Assembly (NCBI GenBank): GCA_051439505.1
Contig: JBFRWI010000093.1
Coordinates: 1 to 54,933 of the forward strand
DNA from: Hormoscilla sp.
GTDB taxonomy: Bacteria; Cyanobacteriota; Cyanobacteriia; Cyanobacteriales; Desertifilaceae
Direction of reading: 5' to 3'
DNA length: 54,933 bases
A model generated the notes under the pieces. It saw nothing but the letters and a program-made list of their open reading frames with translations. It did no database searches and was not told where the DNA came from. Made by a program: the position numbers and the translations under genes. Of the stretch, positions 8,461 to 17,839 are shown one piece after another; position 1 is the first letter of the stretch, and each line of letters opens with the position of its first letter.

Positions 8461-9585
8461 ATGAATCCAGGGAAATATAGGAAATTAGCAAATATGACAA
8501 GTATCTGCGTGACAAAAAAAAATGACACATGTCCAAATCATCAATTAGAGGTATTGCCCTTGTCCGAGCAAGATGAAATAACCTCCCTCGTCAGTCACGA
8601 ACTGCGCACACCTCTGACCTCAATTCGCGGAGCGCTGGGTCTTTTGCTCAGTGGGAAGCTAGGCTCCCTATCTCCACAAGGTATGCGGATGCTGGAAATT
8701 GCCGTCAATAATACAGACCGCCTACTGCGTCTGACCAAAGCGATCGAGAAGGTCTCGAATGAAACAGCTAACTGCATGAGCGTTGTCTCCGCTGCGGCAA
8801 TGGATCGCTTACGCTTAGAAGCTGACCTGTCTGAAGCTATATCACGCCAAGAGTTTCAGCTTTTCTACCAACCGATAGTATCTCTAGAAACTAACAGGAT
8901 TACTGGTTTTGAAGCGTTGCTCAGGTGGCAGCATCCGGTGCGGGGTTTTGTTTCCCCAGCCGAGTTTATCCCTCTAGCAGAAAAAATGGGACTGATTAAC
9001 CAGCTGGGCCTGTGGGTTATGCGTCAAGCTTGCCACCAATTAAACTCCTGGCAGCAGCAATTTCCTTCTCAAGAGCCTCTGACGGTTAGTGTCAATTTAT
9101 CTAGCAAACAATTGTCGCAACCGGATTTGGTGAAGCAAATAAAACAGATTTTAGAGGAGACTAACCTGAGTAGCAGCAGCTTAAGGCTGGAAATCACTGA
9201 AAGTACCTTGATTTTAAATCCGGTAGCAGCTCTCGCCTCCCTCCGGGAACTGAAAAATTTCGGGATTCAGCTGTATATGGATGACTTTGGCACTGGTTAT
9301 TCATCATTGAGTCGTTTGCAAGATTTGCCCATTGACGTATTGAAGATTGACCGCTGCTTCGTGAGCCAGAAGAAATGGGATATGATCCGGGTAATCATGC
9401 TCCTGGCTTCCAGTTTGGGACTGCAAGTGATTGCCGAAGGTGTAGAAACGGTAGAAGAAGTCGCACATCTCCAACAGGCTGGATGCCAGTTGATGCAGGG
9501 AGACTTTTTCTCTCAGCCAGTCAACGCAATAGCGGCAAAAGCATTAATGGCAGCACCCAAGACTAGCCAGCAGTGCATGCACTGA
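8461..9585 (+). CDS. HisKA(DHp)-EAL c-di-GMP phosphodiesterase (start may be downstream)
   Basis: SHELRTPLTSIRGALGLL H-box directly followed by an EAL domain (YQPIV, FEALLRW, DDFGTGYSSL, AEGVET); no HATPase. Confidence 0.85.
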   Translation: MNPGKYRKLANMTSICVTKKNDTCPNHQLEVLPLSEQDEITSLVSHELRTPLTSIRGALGLLLSGKLGSLSPQGMRMLEIAVNNTDRLLRLTKAIEKVSNETANCMSVVSAAAMDRLRLEADLSEAISRQEFQLFYQPIVSLETNRITGFEALLRWQHPVRGFVSPAEFIPLAEKMGLINQLGLWVMRQACHQLNSWQQQFPSQEPLTVSVNLSSKQLSQPDLVKQIKQILEETNLSSSSLRLEITESTLILNPVAALASLRELKNFGIQLYMDDFGTGYSSLSRLQDLPIDVLKIDRCFVSQKKWDMIRVIMLLASSLGLQVIAEGVETVEEVAHLQQAGCQLMQGDFFSQPVNAIAAKALMAAPKTSQQCMH

Positions 9586-9864
9586 CTGTCAGCAATGATC
9601 TAGAGCGTCGGTCCATTAATAATGCGCCGACATTTTTGGCAATCCGCGATCCGACGGAAAATCGTTCTTCTGCTCGTTTCCCGCTGTTCACGCTCTGGCC
9701 CTGTGGGGTCTCGCTCCGGAGGCTCACAATTGTTACGATCGCTGCCAAATTTAGTACATGCACATTTTCTTGTTTTTGTCAAGGACTTCTACGCTTTCCG
9801 ACGCTCTAGGGATCTCCTAGGTTTATAGTGGCAAATATAATGAATTTCTAAAATTTGTGGAGAT

Positions 9865-10052
9865 AATTAATGGGTCTCCTTGGGTTTTGGTGATAAGTAA
9901 AGCTCATATATACGCCAAATCAAGGCTTGAGCGCCTTTTTAATCTTGGCAAATTGTATCTCAGGATACAATTTACACCAAAAACCCAGGGGAGCCTAATT
10001 AATTAAGGCTGAAACCCCTGATTTGGCGTGACGCTCGGCTTGACTTATCACC
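9865..10052. repeat. Interleaved inverted repeats (MITE-like) with a central palindrome
   Basis: 9865-9892 pairs with 9975-10004; GGTGATAAGT..ACGCCAAATCA (from 9889) pairs with TGATTTGGCGT..ACTTATCACC (to 10052); palindrome AAATTGTATC-TCAG-GATACAATTT. Confidence 0.6.
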
Positions 10053-10155
10053 CAGAGCCAAATTTAGTGGGAAAAATCTGCTTGTTCTTCCTATATTTTT
10101 CACATTCTATACCTAGACTGAGAAAGTGTAAGAGTTAGATAAGGAGTTGGCCAAG

Positions 10156-12195
10156 ATGAACAGCACATTACAGAGTCAGAAGTTAAGGCGCCAGATCAAT
10201 TGCACTCCGACGGTGGGAGCGAACGGGCCGATCGCTGTAGGGTTTGGGGGTGCTAGCTTAGAGGCACGCACTCATTTGGCCACAATTCAGGGGGCCCTGA
10301 GCCTTCTGCGTCGTGGGCGATTCGATCTTCAATCTAGTCAAGCTCAGCGTCTGATGGAAATTGCTACCGATAGTACAAACTGTTTGTTACATGGGAAGGA
10401 GGGGCTGTCCAACCAGCAACAACCGTCAATCAGCCGGTCCGAAGCACCTCAGGCGCAGTTGCAGCTGTACGGAGCGAGTAACAGCAAAAAACGCAAAAAG
10501 TCAATACGTATCCGTCGTATATGTAAGGGCTATGAGCAGGGTCAACAGTTGCAAGCAAGTGAAGCCCGCTTCCGCAATATCATCACTAACAGCGCCGATG
10601 GCATTTTCATTGTTGATAATCAGGGCCTGGTCAAATATGCTAACCCAGCAGCGGCATCTCTGTTTAACACCACAGCGGACGAACTTTTAGGCAAAACGCT
10701 GTTTGGGGAACTGGTGATGGAAGTCGATGAGGAAATAAACACTAGACCGATCTATAAGGTCGGACAGCCAGATTCTGGTCCGGCGCGGGTGGTGCAAACT
10801 CACGTGCAGCTGCTGCGGAGAGATGGCCGTACAGCAGTAGCAGAAATGCAGGTTGTAGAGACGGAATGGGAAGGTCATGTGGCAGTGGCATACCTAGTTT
10901 CCCTACGGGATATTACCGATCGCCTGCGAGCAGAAGAAGAGCGCGATCGCTTCTTTACCCTTTCCCTAGACATGCTCTGCATCGCTAATTTCGACGGTTA
11001 CTTCAAGCGGATCAATCCGGCCTGGGAAAAAACTCTAGGATATACAAAAGAAGAACTGTTCGCCCAACCATTTATCGAATTTGTCCATCCCGACGATCGG
11101 GCGGCTACCATTGCCGAAATTCAGAAGATTATCGCTGGTGTGGAGACAATTTCTTTTGAAAATCGCTACCGCTGCCAAGGAGGAGAATACCGATGGTTAC
11201 TCTGGAGCGCCACTTCATTCCCGGAGGAGCAATTGATTTACGCCACCGCTCGCGACATTACGGAGCGCAAACAGGTAGAAGTTGCACTGAGGCTCTCGGA
11301 AGCTAAAGAGCGCGATCGGGCGACACAGTTGTCAAAAACTATCGGTGAACTCAAGCAGACTCAAGGACAGCTAGTTCAGGCGGAAAAAATGTCCAGTATC
11401 GGACAGCTGGTAGCGGGGGTAGCTCACGAAATTAATAATCCTATCAACTTTATTCACGGCAATCTCGATCATGTCAACCAATACACTCAAGACCTGCTCG
11501 ACCTGCTGGAACTATACCAGCTGCAAGTTTCCGAGCCTAGTCCGGAGATTGCCGCCCTGAGAGAAGCGATCGATCTGGAGTTTTTGATGGCCGACTTGCC
11601 CAAAGTTTTAGACTCGATGCGCATGGGGACTGACCGAGTTCGGGAAATTGTGCGATCGTTGCGGAACTTCTCTCGCGTAGATCAAGCGGAGGTCAAGGCG
11701 GTTGACATTCATGAGGGCATAGATAACACGCTACTGATTTTACAGCATCGCCTCAAGGCATCAGGTGGAAAAAAACAGATTCAAGTTGTCAAGGAGTATG
11801 GTGACTTGCCTCCGGTGGAGTGCTATTCCGGACAACTGAATCAGGTATTTATGAATATTCTGAGTAATGCGATCGATGCTCTCGACTCAGCAAGAGATCA
11901 TCAACAACAGCCTAGCATTTGCATTGCTTCGGAAATGCTAGAGAATAACCATGTAGTCATCAGAATTGCTGACAATGGCTCGGGCATACCGCCGGAAATC
12001 TTAAACAGATTATTCGATCCATTTTTCACAACCAAACCTGTGGGCAAGGGGACCGGGTTAGGGTTGTCTATCAGTTACCAAATTGTGGTAGAAAAGCATG
12101 GCGGACTGTTGAAATGTCAATCTGAACCCGGTCAAGGGACTGAGTTTTGGGTAGAAATTCCGGTGCGGTGCTCTCATGTTACGAGGCCAAATTAG
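10156..12195 (+). CDS. PAS/PAC sensor histidine kinase
   Basis: Two PAS domains (DGIFIVD..YANPAA; VHPDDR..ENRYRC), H-box AHEINNP, HATPase ([25 protein letters not shown]); AAGGAG RBS before ATG 10156. Confidence 0.92.
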   Translation: MNSTLQSQKLRRQINCTPTVGANGPIAVGFGGASLEARTHLATIQGALSLLRRGRFDLQSSQAQRLMEIATDSTNCLLHGKEGLSNQQQPSISRSEAPQAQLQLYGASNSKKRKKSIRIRRICKGYEQGQQLQASEARFRNIITNSADGIFIVDNQGLVKYANPAAASLFNTTADELLGKTLFGELVMEVDEEINTRPIYKVGQPDSGPARVVQTHVQLLRRDGRTAVAEMQVVETEWEGHVAVAYLVSLRDITDRLRAEEERDRFFTLSLDMLCIANFDGYFKRINPAWEKTLGYTKEELFAQPFIEFVHPDDRAATIAEIQKIIAGVETISFENRYRCQGGEYRWLLWSATSFPEEQLIYATARDITERKQVEVALRLSEAKERDRATQLSKTIGELKQTQGQLVQAEKMSSIGQLVAGVAHEINNPINFIHGNLDHVNQYTQDLLDLLELYQLQVSEPSPEIAALREAIDLEFLMADLPKVLDSMRMGTDRVREIVRSLRNFSRVDQAEVKAVDIHEGIDNTLLILQHRLKASGGKKQIQVVKEYGDLPPVECYSGQLNQVFMNILSNAIDALDSARDHQQQPSICIASEMLENNHVVIRIADNGSGIPPEILNRLFDPFFTTKPVGKGTGLGLSISYQIVVEKHGGLLKCQSEPGQGTEFWVEIPVRCSHVTRPN

Positions 12196-12572
12196 AGTTG
12201 CCACCCCAAAGCTGCCGCTATCTGATTGGCTAACATCACGGGATCGAAGGGTTTTGTCAGCACTGTTGTTACCCCCAACTGAGCATAGCGCAGCTGTTCA
12301 GCAGCCTGCACCTTAGCTGTTAAGAAAATCACGGGAATGTTTTTAGTGCTAGGGTTATTCTGTAGCTTTTGAAAGGTAGTGGGACCGTCCATGTCCGGCA
12401 TCATCACATCTAAAAGAATGGCATCAGGCTGTTGTGCTTCAGCTGTTGCCAACCCATCCCTACCAGAAGCTGCTGTCATTACCTCCCAACCGCTACTGAT
12501 TTCCAGGCTGAGTTGAGCGACTTCCCGAATATCGGCTTCGTCATCAATAACCAGAATTTGTTTTACCGTCAT
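12192..12572 (-). CDS. Single-domain response regulator (RcaF-like)
   Basis: ILVIDDE...LLDVMMPDMDG...FLTAK...KPFDP. Confidence 0.9.
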   Translation of the reverse strand: MTVKQILVIDDEADIREVAQLSLEISSGWEVMTAASGRDGLATAEAQQPDAILLDVMMPDMDGPTTFQKLQNNPSTKNIPVIFLTAKVQAAEQLRYAQLGVTTVLTKPFDPVMLANQIAAALGWQL

Positions 12573-12678
12573 ATTCCTATTTCTTGTACGTGGCTATTAT
12601 CTCATTATGTAGGCGTTTTGTCTTCTTGAGGTGGGGTAATAAATACAATCTCTATCAAGGGCAGATCGGTTTTGGTAA

Positions 12679-12876
12679 TTATGCTGGCAGAGTAAAACAG
12701 AAAGTGCTGCCCTCACCTCCAACGCTTTCAGCCCAAATGCGACCGCCATGCTGCTGTATAATCTGGCGACAGATGGCTAGGCCCAAACCAGTGCCTCCTT
12801 TTTCGCGGGAGTCGGAAGCATCAACTTGTTGGAAACGTCCAAAAATGGTCTCAAGTTTGTCAGCGGGAATGCCTCG
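12679..12876 (-). pseudogene. C-terminal HATPase remnant of a deleted sensor histidine kinase
   Basis: Minus strand reads [65 protein letters not shown]; in-frame stop 7 codons upstream and no start codon. Confidence 0.88.
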
Positions 12877-12949
12877 TGCTGCATTTAGATAATATCAATC
12901 AGTTGAAAATTGAAAATAGTTATAAATGTTCATTGGCGTTGCACATTTT

Positions 12950-15340
12950 TTAGTTAGCAGGCGCGATCGCTCCGGTCGCTCTTCCAGTAGCTTTAGCTTC
13001 ATGAAGGGCCCCATCGGCTGCTAGATAGAGGGAATGCAACGAGGTACCATTTTCCGGATATTCCGCGACGCCGGCACTGAAAGTCACCTGTAGCTGCTCG
13101 ATACCGGGAACCCGAAAAACTAAAGTCCGGAATATCTGCAAAACTTCATTGAGGCGAGTCGCCCCATCTAATTTAGTCATGCCATACATTCCCACCAGGA
13201 ACTCCTGACCGCCCCAGCGGGCAACTATATCCTCACTGCGAAAATGCTGTTGCAGGATTTTTCCTAAGCGCTGAAGCACCTGGTCCCCTACAATATGGCC
13301 GTACTGGTCGTTCACCCGCTTGAAATTGTCTAGATCTAGTATAGCCAAGCACAGTGGTTGATGATGGTGCTGACATAGATCCAGATATTGGTTCAACTGT
13401 TTGGTAGCGTTGCGGCGTGTGGCCACACCAGTCAGTTGATCGACTTCTTCCAGACGCAGTAACAGTCGGGTACGTTCGAGCCGGTTAAAGATGCGGGTGA
13501 CTAACTCTGGTTCTCTGACAGGTTTGCTAATATAATCATCTGCCCCCGCTTGATATATGCTATCGATAATTTTGCTGTCTCTGTGGGCCGTGATAAAAAT
13601 GATGGGGAGCCCACTCCAGGTACTATCATTGCGGACTATCTGGCACAGTTCAATGCCGTTGAAGTGGGGCATTTCCACATCCAGGATCAGCAGGTCTGGA
13701 TTGATCTTTTCTAAGGCTTGCCAAAACTGGCGGGGATCTGCGAGTGTATGTAATTGCACTCCATAAGGCTCAAGGAATTGCCGTAGTATTTTCAGCAGTA
13801 GCCGGTCATCATCTACCGCTAGCACTTTCGCTTCTGACTTGCCCGAAGCTTGCAGCACTTCCTCTACTACCTCAAATACCTCGGCAAACCATTTTACTGG
13901 CTTGGGTAAATAGCGCTTAGCACCCAAACGGACCACCGCCAACCGATTGCTCAACTCATCCTGCTGGGCCCAGCACAGCACTGGCATATCGGGAAATTGA
14001 GCGGTGAGCGTTTCTAGCAACACCAAACCCCGATCGATTGCCGGGTCCAGCAGCACAACATCAGGAATCTGAAGATCGATCGCAGCTTTTGCCTGGTTGG
14101 AGTCGCGAGCCACAACTAAGCGCATATGCCAATTTTCAGCTTCTTTGAGCAACCGAGAAGTTAGTTCAATATCGCCGTCCACCACTAACAGTATTGAGCT
14201 GAGATTATTTGTGTTTTTTGATTTGGATATTTCTGGGAACCATCCAGACGAATCAGGCCCCTTTTTCCCCTGGATTTCTTCACGCAGGAGTGCGATCGTA
14301 GCTTGCAGATCTTTCTGAAAATAATTTCGCTTGCTAGAAGCTAATTCAAGATGATGCAGGGCTAATTGTGAGGGCTCGTTTCCGCTAGCTATTAGCCTCG
14401 CCACTTCTTCTAACCAATCGTCGATCACCCGCGCCAGATGACCCGCCTCCTGGAAGCCAAACATTCCTAAAGAACCAACCAGCTTGTGAGCTTCGGTTTG
14501 CGCACTCTTGAGCAATTCGGACGTCAAGGTGCCTGTCTTTATAGCTACTGCTGCTTGTTCTAAGATCGATATGCGATCGAGAATTGGTTGCTTAAATTTC
14601 TGCCAAGCTTCAGCGACCGCCTGGTTTGTCGGAGCGATCGCACTTAAAGATTTAGTTTTTTTTCTATCTGTCAAAGGCTTGAGGCGATAGCCCAGACCGT
14701 AAACCGTTTCTATCACATCAGAGGTCCCAGCTTCTTTCAGCTTGCGCCGCAGCCCTTTGATATGAGCGCGGACTGTATCTTCTCCCGGAGGGTCTTCAAA
14801 GGACCAAAGATGTTCCATAATGGTGCTGCGGCTGAGGACGCGGCGGGGATGTCGCAGGAATAGCAATAACAAACTATATTCCTTCGGCGAGGGACTCAGG
14901 GGCACTCCCTTGTAACTACATTCACAGGTACTAGGATCCAGACGTAGATCTCCCCACTCTAGCACTGGCGCACCTGAAGCCTTCGGACGACGCAGCAAGG
15001 CCCGAATCCGCGCAAATAGTTCCTGGACCGTGCAGGGTTTGACCACATAATCATCAGCCCCTGCATCTAATCCCGCCACCTTATCAGCACTTTCTGCCTT
15101 GGCCGTCAACAGCAGAATCGGTCCGCTATAGCCGAATTGCCGTAACCGCCTACACAAGCTAATCCCGTCCAGCTTCGGGAGACTGACATCGAGCAACATC
15201 AAGTCATAGGTAAAAGCTTGGCCATAATCCCAACCCTCTTCCCCATCGCGAGCCACATCAACTACATAATGCTGTGCCGTCAAAGCTGCGCTCAGGGTTT
15301 GGGCTAGAGCGTCGTCATCCTCAACTAACAAAAGTCTCAT
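12950..15340 (-). CDS. Multidomain response regulator REC-wHTH-Hpt-REC-REC-GGDEF (RcaC-like)
   Basis: MRLLLVEDD REC, OmpR-type VRAHIKGLRRKL..ETVYGLGY, Hpt AHKLVGSLGMFG, two further RECs, GGDEF domain with GGQEF and RSED I-site. Confidence 0.88.
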   Translation of the reverse strand: MRLLLVEDDDALAQTLSAALTAQHYVVDVARDGEEGWDYGQAFTYDLMLLDVSLPKLDGISLCRRLRQFGYSGPILLLTAKAESADKVAGLDAGADDYVVKPCTVQELFARIRALLRRPKASGAPVLEWGDLRLDPSTCECSYKGVPLSPSPKEYSLLLLFLRHPRRVLSRSTIMEHLWSFEDPPGEDTVRAHIKGLRRKLKEAGTSDVIETVYGLGYRLKPLTDRKKTKSLSAIAPTNQAVAEAWQKFKQPILDRISILEQAAVAIKTGTLTSELLKSAQTEAHKLVGSLGMFGFQEAGHLARVIDDWLEEVARLIASGNEPSQLALHHLELASSKRNYFQKDLQATIALLREEIQGKKGPDSSGWFPEISKSKNTNNLSSILLVVDGDIELTSRLLKEAENWHMRLVVARDSNQAKAAIDLQIPDVVLLDPAIDRGLVLLETLTAQFPDMPVLCWAQQDELSNRLAVVRLGAKRYLPKPVKWFAEVFEVVEEVLQASGKSEAKVLAVDDDRLLLKILRQFLEPYGVQLHTLADPRQFWQALEKINPDLLILDVEMPHFNGIELCQIVRNDSTWSGLPIIFITAHRDSKIIDSIYQAGADDYISKPVREPELVTRIFNRLERTRLLLRLEEVDQLTGVATRRNATKQLNQYLDLCQHHHQPLCLAILDLDNFKRVNDQYGHIVGDQVLQRLGKILQQHFRSEDIVARWGGQEFLVGMYGMTKLDGATRLNEVLQIFRTLVFRVPGIEQLQVTFSAGVAEYPENGTSLHSLYLAADGALHEAKATGRATGAIAPAN

Positions 15341-15380
15341 AACCTTTGCTCAACGATCAATGCTCAATTACTAGCAAGAG

Positions 15381-16664
15381 CTATCTTGGTGGACGCCGCC
15401 GTTGCAGAAAATCAGGAATATCCAATCCGGGTTTGTTTTCCGGCTCCGTCGTCGGCCCTGGTTTGGTTTTTGTAACTGTGCGCGGTTCCACATTAGCTCC
15501 TCGCTCTCTGCTAACTGGTGGTGCTTGAACTTCACCAGTGAAGCCAGTAGCGATCACGGTAATTCTGACTTCACCCTCAACCCGGTCATCTATCACCGCA
15601 CCAAAAATAATATTGGCGTTCGGATCGACCGCTTCGTAAATCACCTCAGCTGCTGCATTCACCTCATGCAAAGTCAGGTCGCTACCGCCAGTAATGTTAA
15701 AAACAACACCTTTAGCACCAGAAATCGAGGTTTCCAGCAATGGGGAAGAAATTGCGGCATAAGCGGCCTCACTAGCTCGGGATTTGCCCGAACCGCCTCC
15801 GATCCCCATCAGGGCCGAGCCAGCATCTGCCATTACCGCTCGGATATCGGCAAAGTCTACATTAACTAGACCCGGGACTGTAATGATATCTGAAATTCCT
15901 TGCACCCCTTGGCGTAGAATGTCATCAGCCACGCGAAATGCTTCTTGGACTGGGGTCTGTTCTGAAATCGCCGATAATAGCTTATTGTTCGGGATGATAA
16001 TCAGGGTGTCTACCCGGCTTTTCAAGGCTTCAATACCTTCATCGGCTTGGTTCGTGCGACGCCGTCCCTCAAAGCTAAAGGGGCGAGTCACTACCCCCAC
16101 TGTCAATGCTCCCATTTCCTTTGCCACTTCCGCTACGATCGGGGCGGCACCGGTGCCCGTTCCACCTCCCATACCAGCCGTGATAAAAACTAGGTCTGCA
16201 CCTTCTAAGGCGATCGCCAGTTCTTCCCGAGATTCTTCAGCTGCCTTTTGACCGATAGCTGGATTTCCACCAGCCCCCAGTCCTCGGGTCAGCTTTTGTC
16301 CTATTTGCAGGCGTCTGGAGGCTGCTGAATGCACTAATGCTTGGGCATCGGTGTTGATTGTCCAAAATTCTACTCCAGCCACTTCGCTAGCGATCATGCG
16401 GTTGACAGCATTGCCGCCACCTCCGCCAACACCAATCACTTTGATTTTCGCTATGCTGCTGGGCACGATATTGTCATTTAATGGTTCTTCTGCAAACCCG
16501 CGACCATCCCGGGACGGTGCCATTTGAAATCCCGCATTCCGGAAGGGGTTGGCGGCGTCCACTGCCTTTGAATAGCTAGATTTATGTTCGCCATTGGAGC
16601 TGATGTTAGCAAGGGATGGCGAGGCCACTCCCACCGCAGGCTGAGTCTGATTAACAGGTGTCAT
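15381..16664 (-). CDS. ftsZ: Cell division protein FtsZ
   Basis: [24 protein letters not shown] tubulin motif, C-terminal LDIPDFL. Confidence 0.98.
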   Translation of the reverse strand: MTPVNQTQPAVGVASPSLANISSNGEHKSSYSKAVDAANPFRNAGFQMAPSRDGRGFAEEPLNDNIVPSSIAKIKVIGVGGGGGNAVNRMIASEVAGVEFWTINTDAQALVHSAASRRLQIGQKLTRGLGAGGNPAIGQKAAEESREELAIALEGADLVFITAGMGGGTGTGAAPIVAEVAKEMGALTVGVVTRPFSFEGRRRTNQADEGIEALKSRVDTLIIIPNNKLLSAISEQTPVQEAFRVADDILRQGVQGISDIITVPGLVNVDFADIRAVMADAGSALMGIGGGSGKSRASEAAYAAISSPLLETSISGAKGVVFNITGGSDLTLHEVNAAAEVIYEAVDPNANIIFGAVIDDRVEGEVRITVIATGFTGEVQAPPVSRERGANVEPRTVTKTKPGPTTEPENKPGLDIPDFLQRRRPPR

Positions 16665-16827
16665 AGGCAATTAAGTAATTCTCCAGTCAATGACGCTGGT
16701 TATATTTAAGCAGCTAACTATGTTTATGTCACATGGTAGCCTTTTACCAAGGTAACAGCAGCCAAGAATAATCCCGACAGGGGGACAGGGGGACGCGGGT
16801 ACAGGGGGAGAGGGGATAATATGTATT

Positions 16828-17631
16828 CTATTTGACATTATCTGACTTCATTTGAATTGAAGGTGAGGCGGGATTGGTCAAGTCAATGTAGGCTATTTGG
16901 CTAGAATTTATCTGTGATGGCAGCTGCTGCATTTGAGCGAGAGTCAAAAGTTGAGTGGCAAACTGCGAGCTGTAAGAGCCCACATGAACTATCCCCAGCT
17001 CTGTGTTCAAAATCAAATTTCTGGGGTTTTGCCAATCAATTGTCAATATTTTCACTGGACAGCGGCTGATTGCTTGATACACTGCTTCCCAGTGAGCTTG
17101 ATATTGCTCTGGCGAACCAATGACGGTGAGGTCGGGTAATGGAAATGAACCGCTGACATTAGTATAGCTGTCTTTGGGCATCAATACACCCTGTGAATCT
17201 AGCAATCCTAGCACCTTTGACTGTCCTGACGAGTTAACGGCGAGAGCCACTGGCTCTCGTTCGAGGACCTCGATTATTAGCCTGGGTGGTAACAGATGGC
17301 GACTGACTGTTGCCCTGGCGATCGGGGCCGAGCCAGCGAGCGTTCTAGCAATATCTTGGGGTTGCAGGCTCCACAGGGATTGGGGATAATCGATCGGTAG
17401 CGCCAAGCGAATCGCCTCAACCGAAAGCAATTCATTGCCGACGATCTCCACCTGTTCGGGTTGACGGATCACCCAACCGGGCCGGGCGATCGCCCAGACG
17501 ACACCGCCAGCTATGCTGCTGACAGCTACCGTGCGCCAGATGGTCTGCAAAATTTTCCGACGCCTCTGTGATCGCAATTTTTGACGTCGATGAGCCAATT
17601 GAGCTTGAGATACCTCTTCGATGATTGTCAT
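16828..17631 (-). CDS. ftsQ: Cell division protein FtsQ/DivIB
   Basis: Basic N-terminus, one TM helix, POTRA domain, YIDLTNP C-terminus; directly upstream of ftsZ. Confidence 0.9.
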   Translation of the reverse strand: MTIIEEVSQAQLAHRRQKLRSQRRRKILQTIWRTVAVSSIAGGVVWAIARPGWVIRQPEQVEIVGNELLSVEAIRLALPIDYPQSLWSLQPQDIARTLAGSAPIARATVSRHLLPPRLIIEVLEREPVALAVNSSGQSKVLGLLDSQGVLMPKDSYTNVSGSFPLPDLTVIGSPEQYQAHWEAVYQAISRCPVKILTIDWQNPRNLILNTELGIVHVGSYSSQFATQLLTLAQMQQLPSQINSSQIAYIDLTNPASPSIQMKSDNVK

Positions 17632-17839
17632 CAATCCGCGCGGCCACTAGCTGAAGAACGAAAGGGAGTGAATTGCTCGCTCTCTGGAAAGAGAGCACTA
17701 TTATATATTATGATAGTAAGGGCAAAAATTGTATATTGAGATAGAAGGATGCTCCGCTCCATAAATTTCTAGCTCCTGCCCAGCCCTGCCCGATTTTAAG
17801 CTATCGTTGTAAGCAAACTAACAATAGCCCTGTATAGGT

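Noticed and set aside
12584..12892. 102-aa plus-strand ORF
   Set aside because: Antisense shadow of the HATPase remnant on the minus strand
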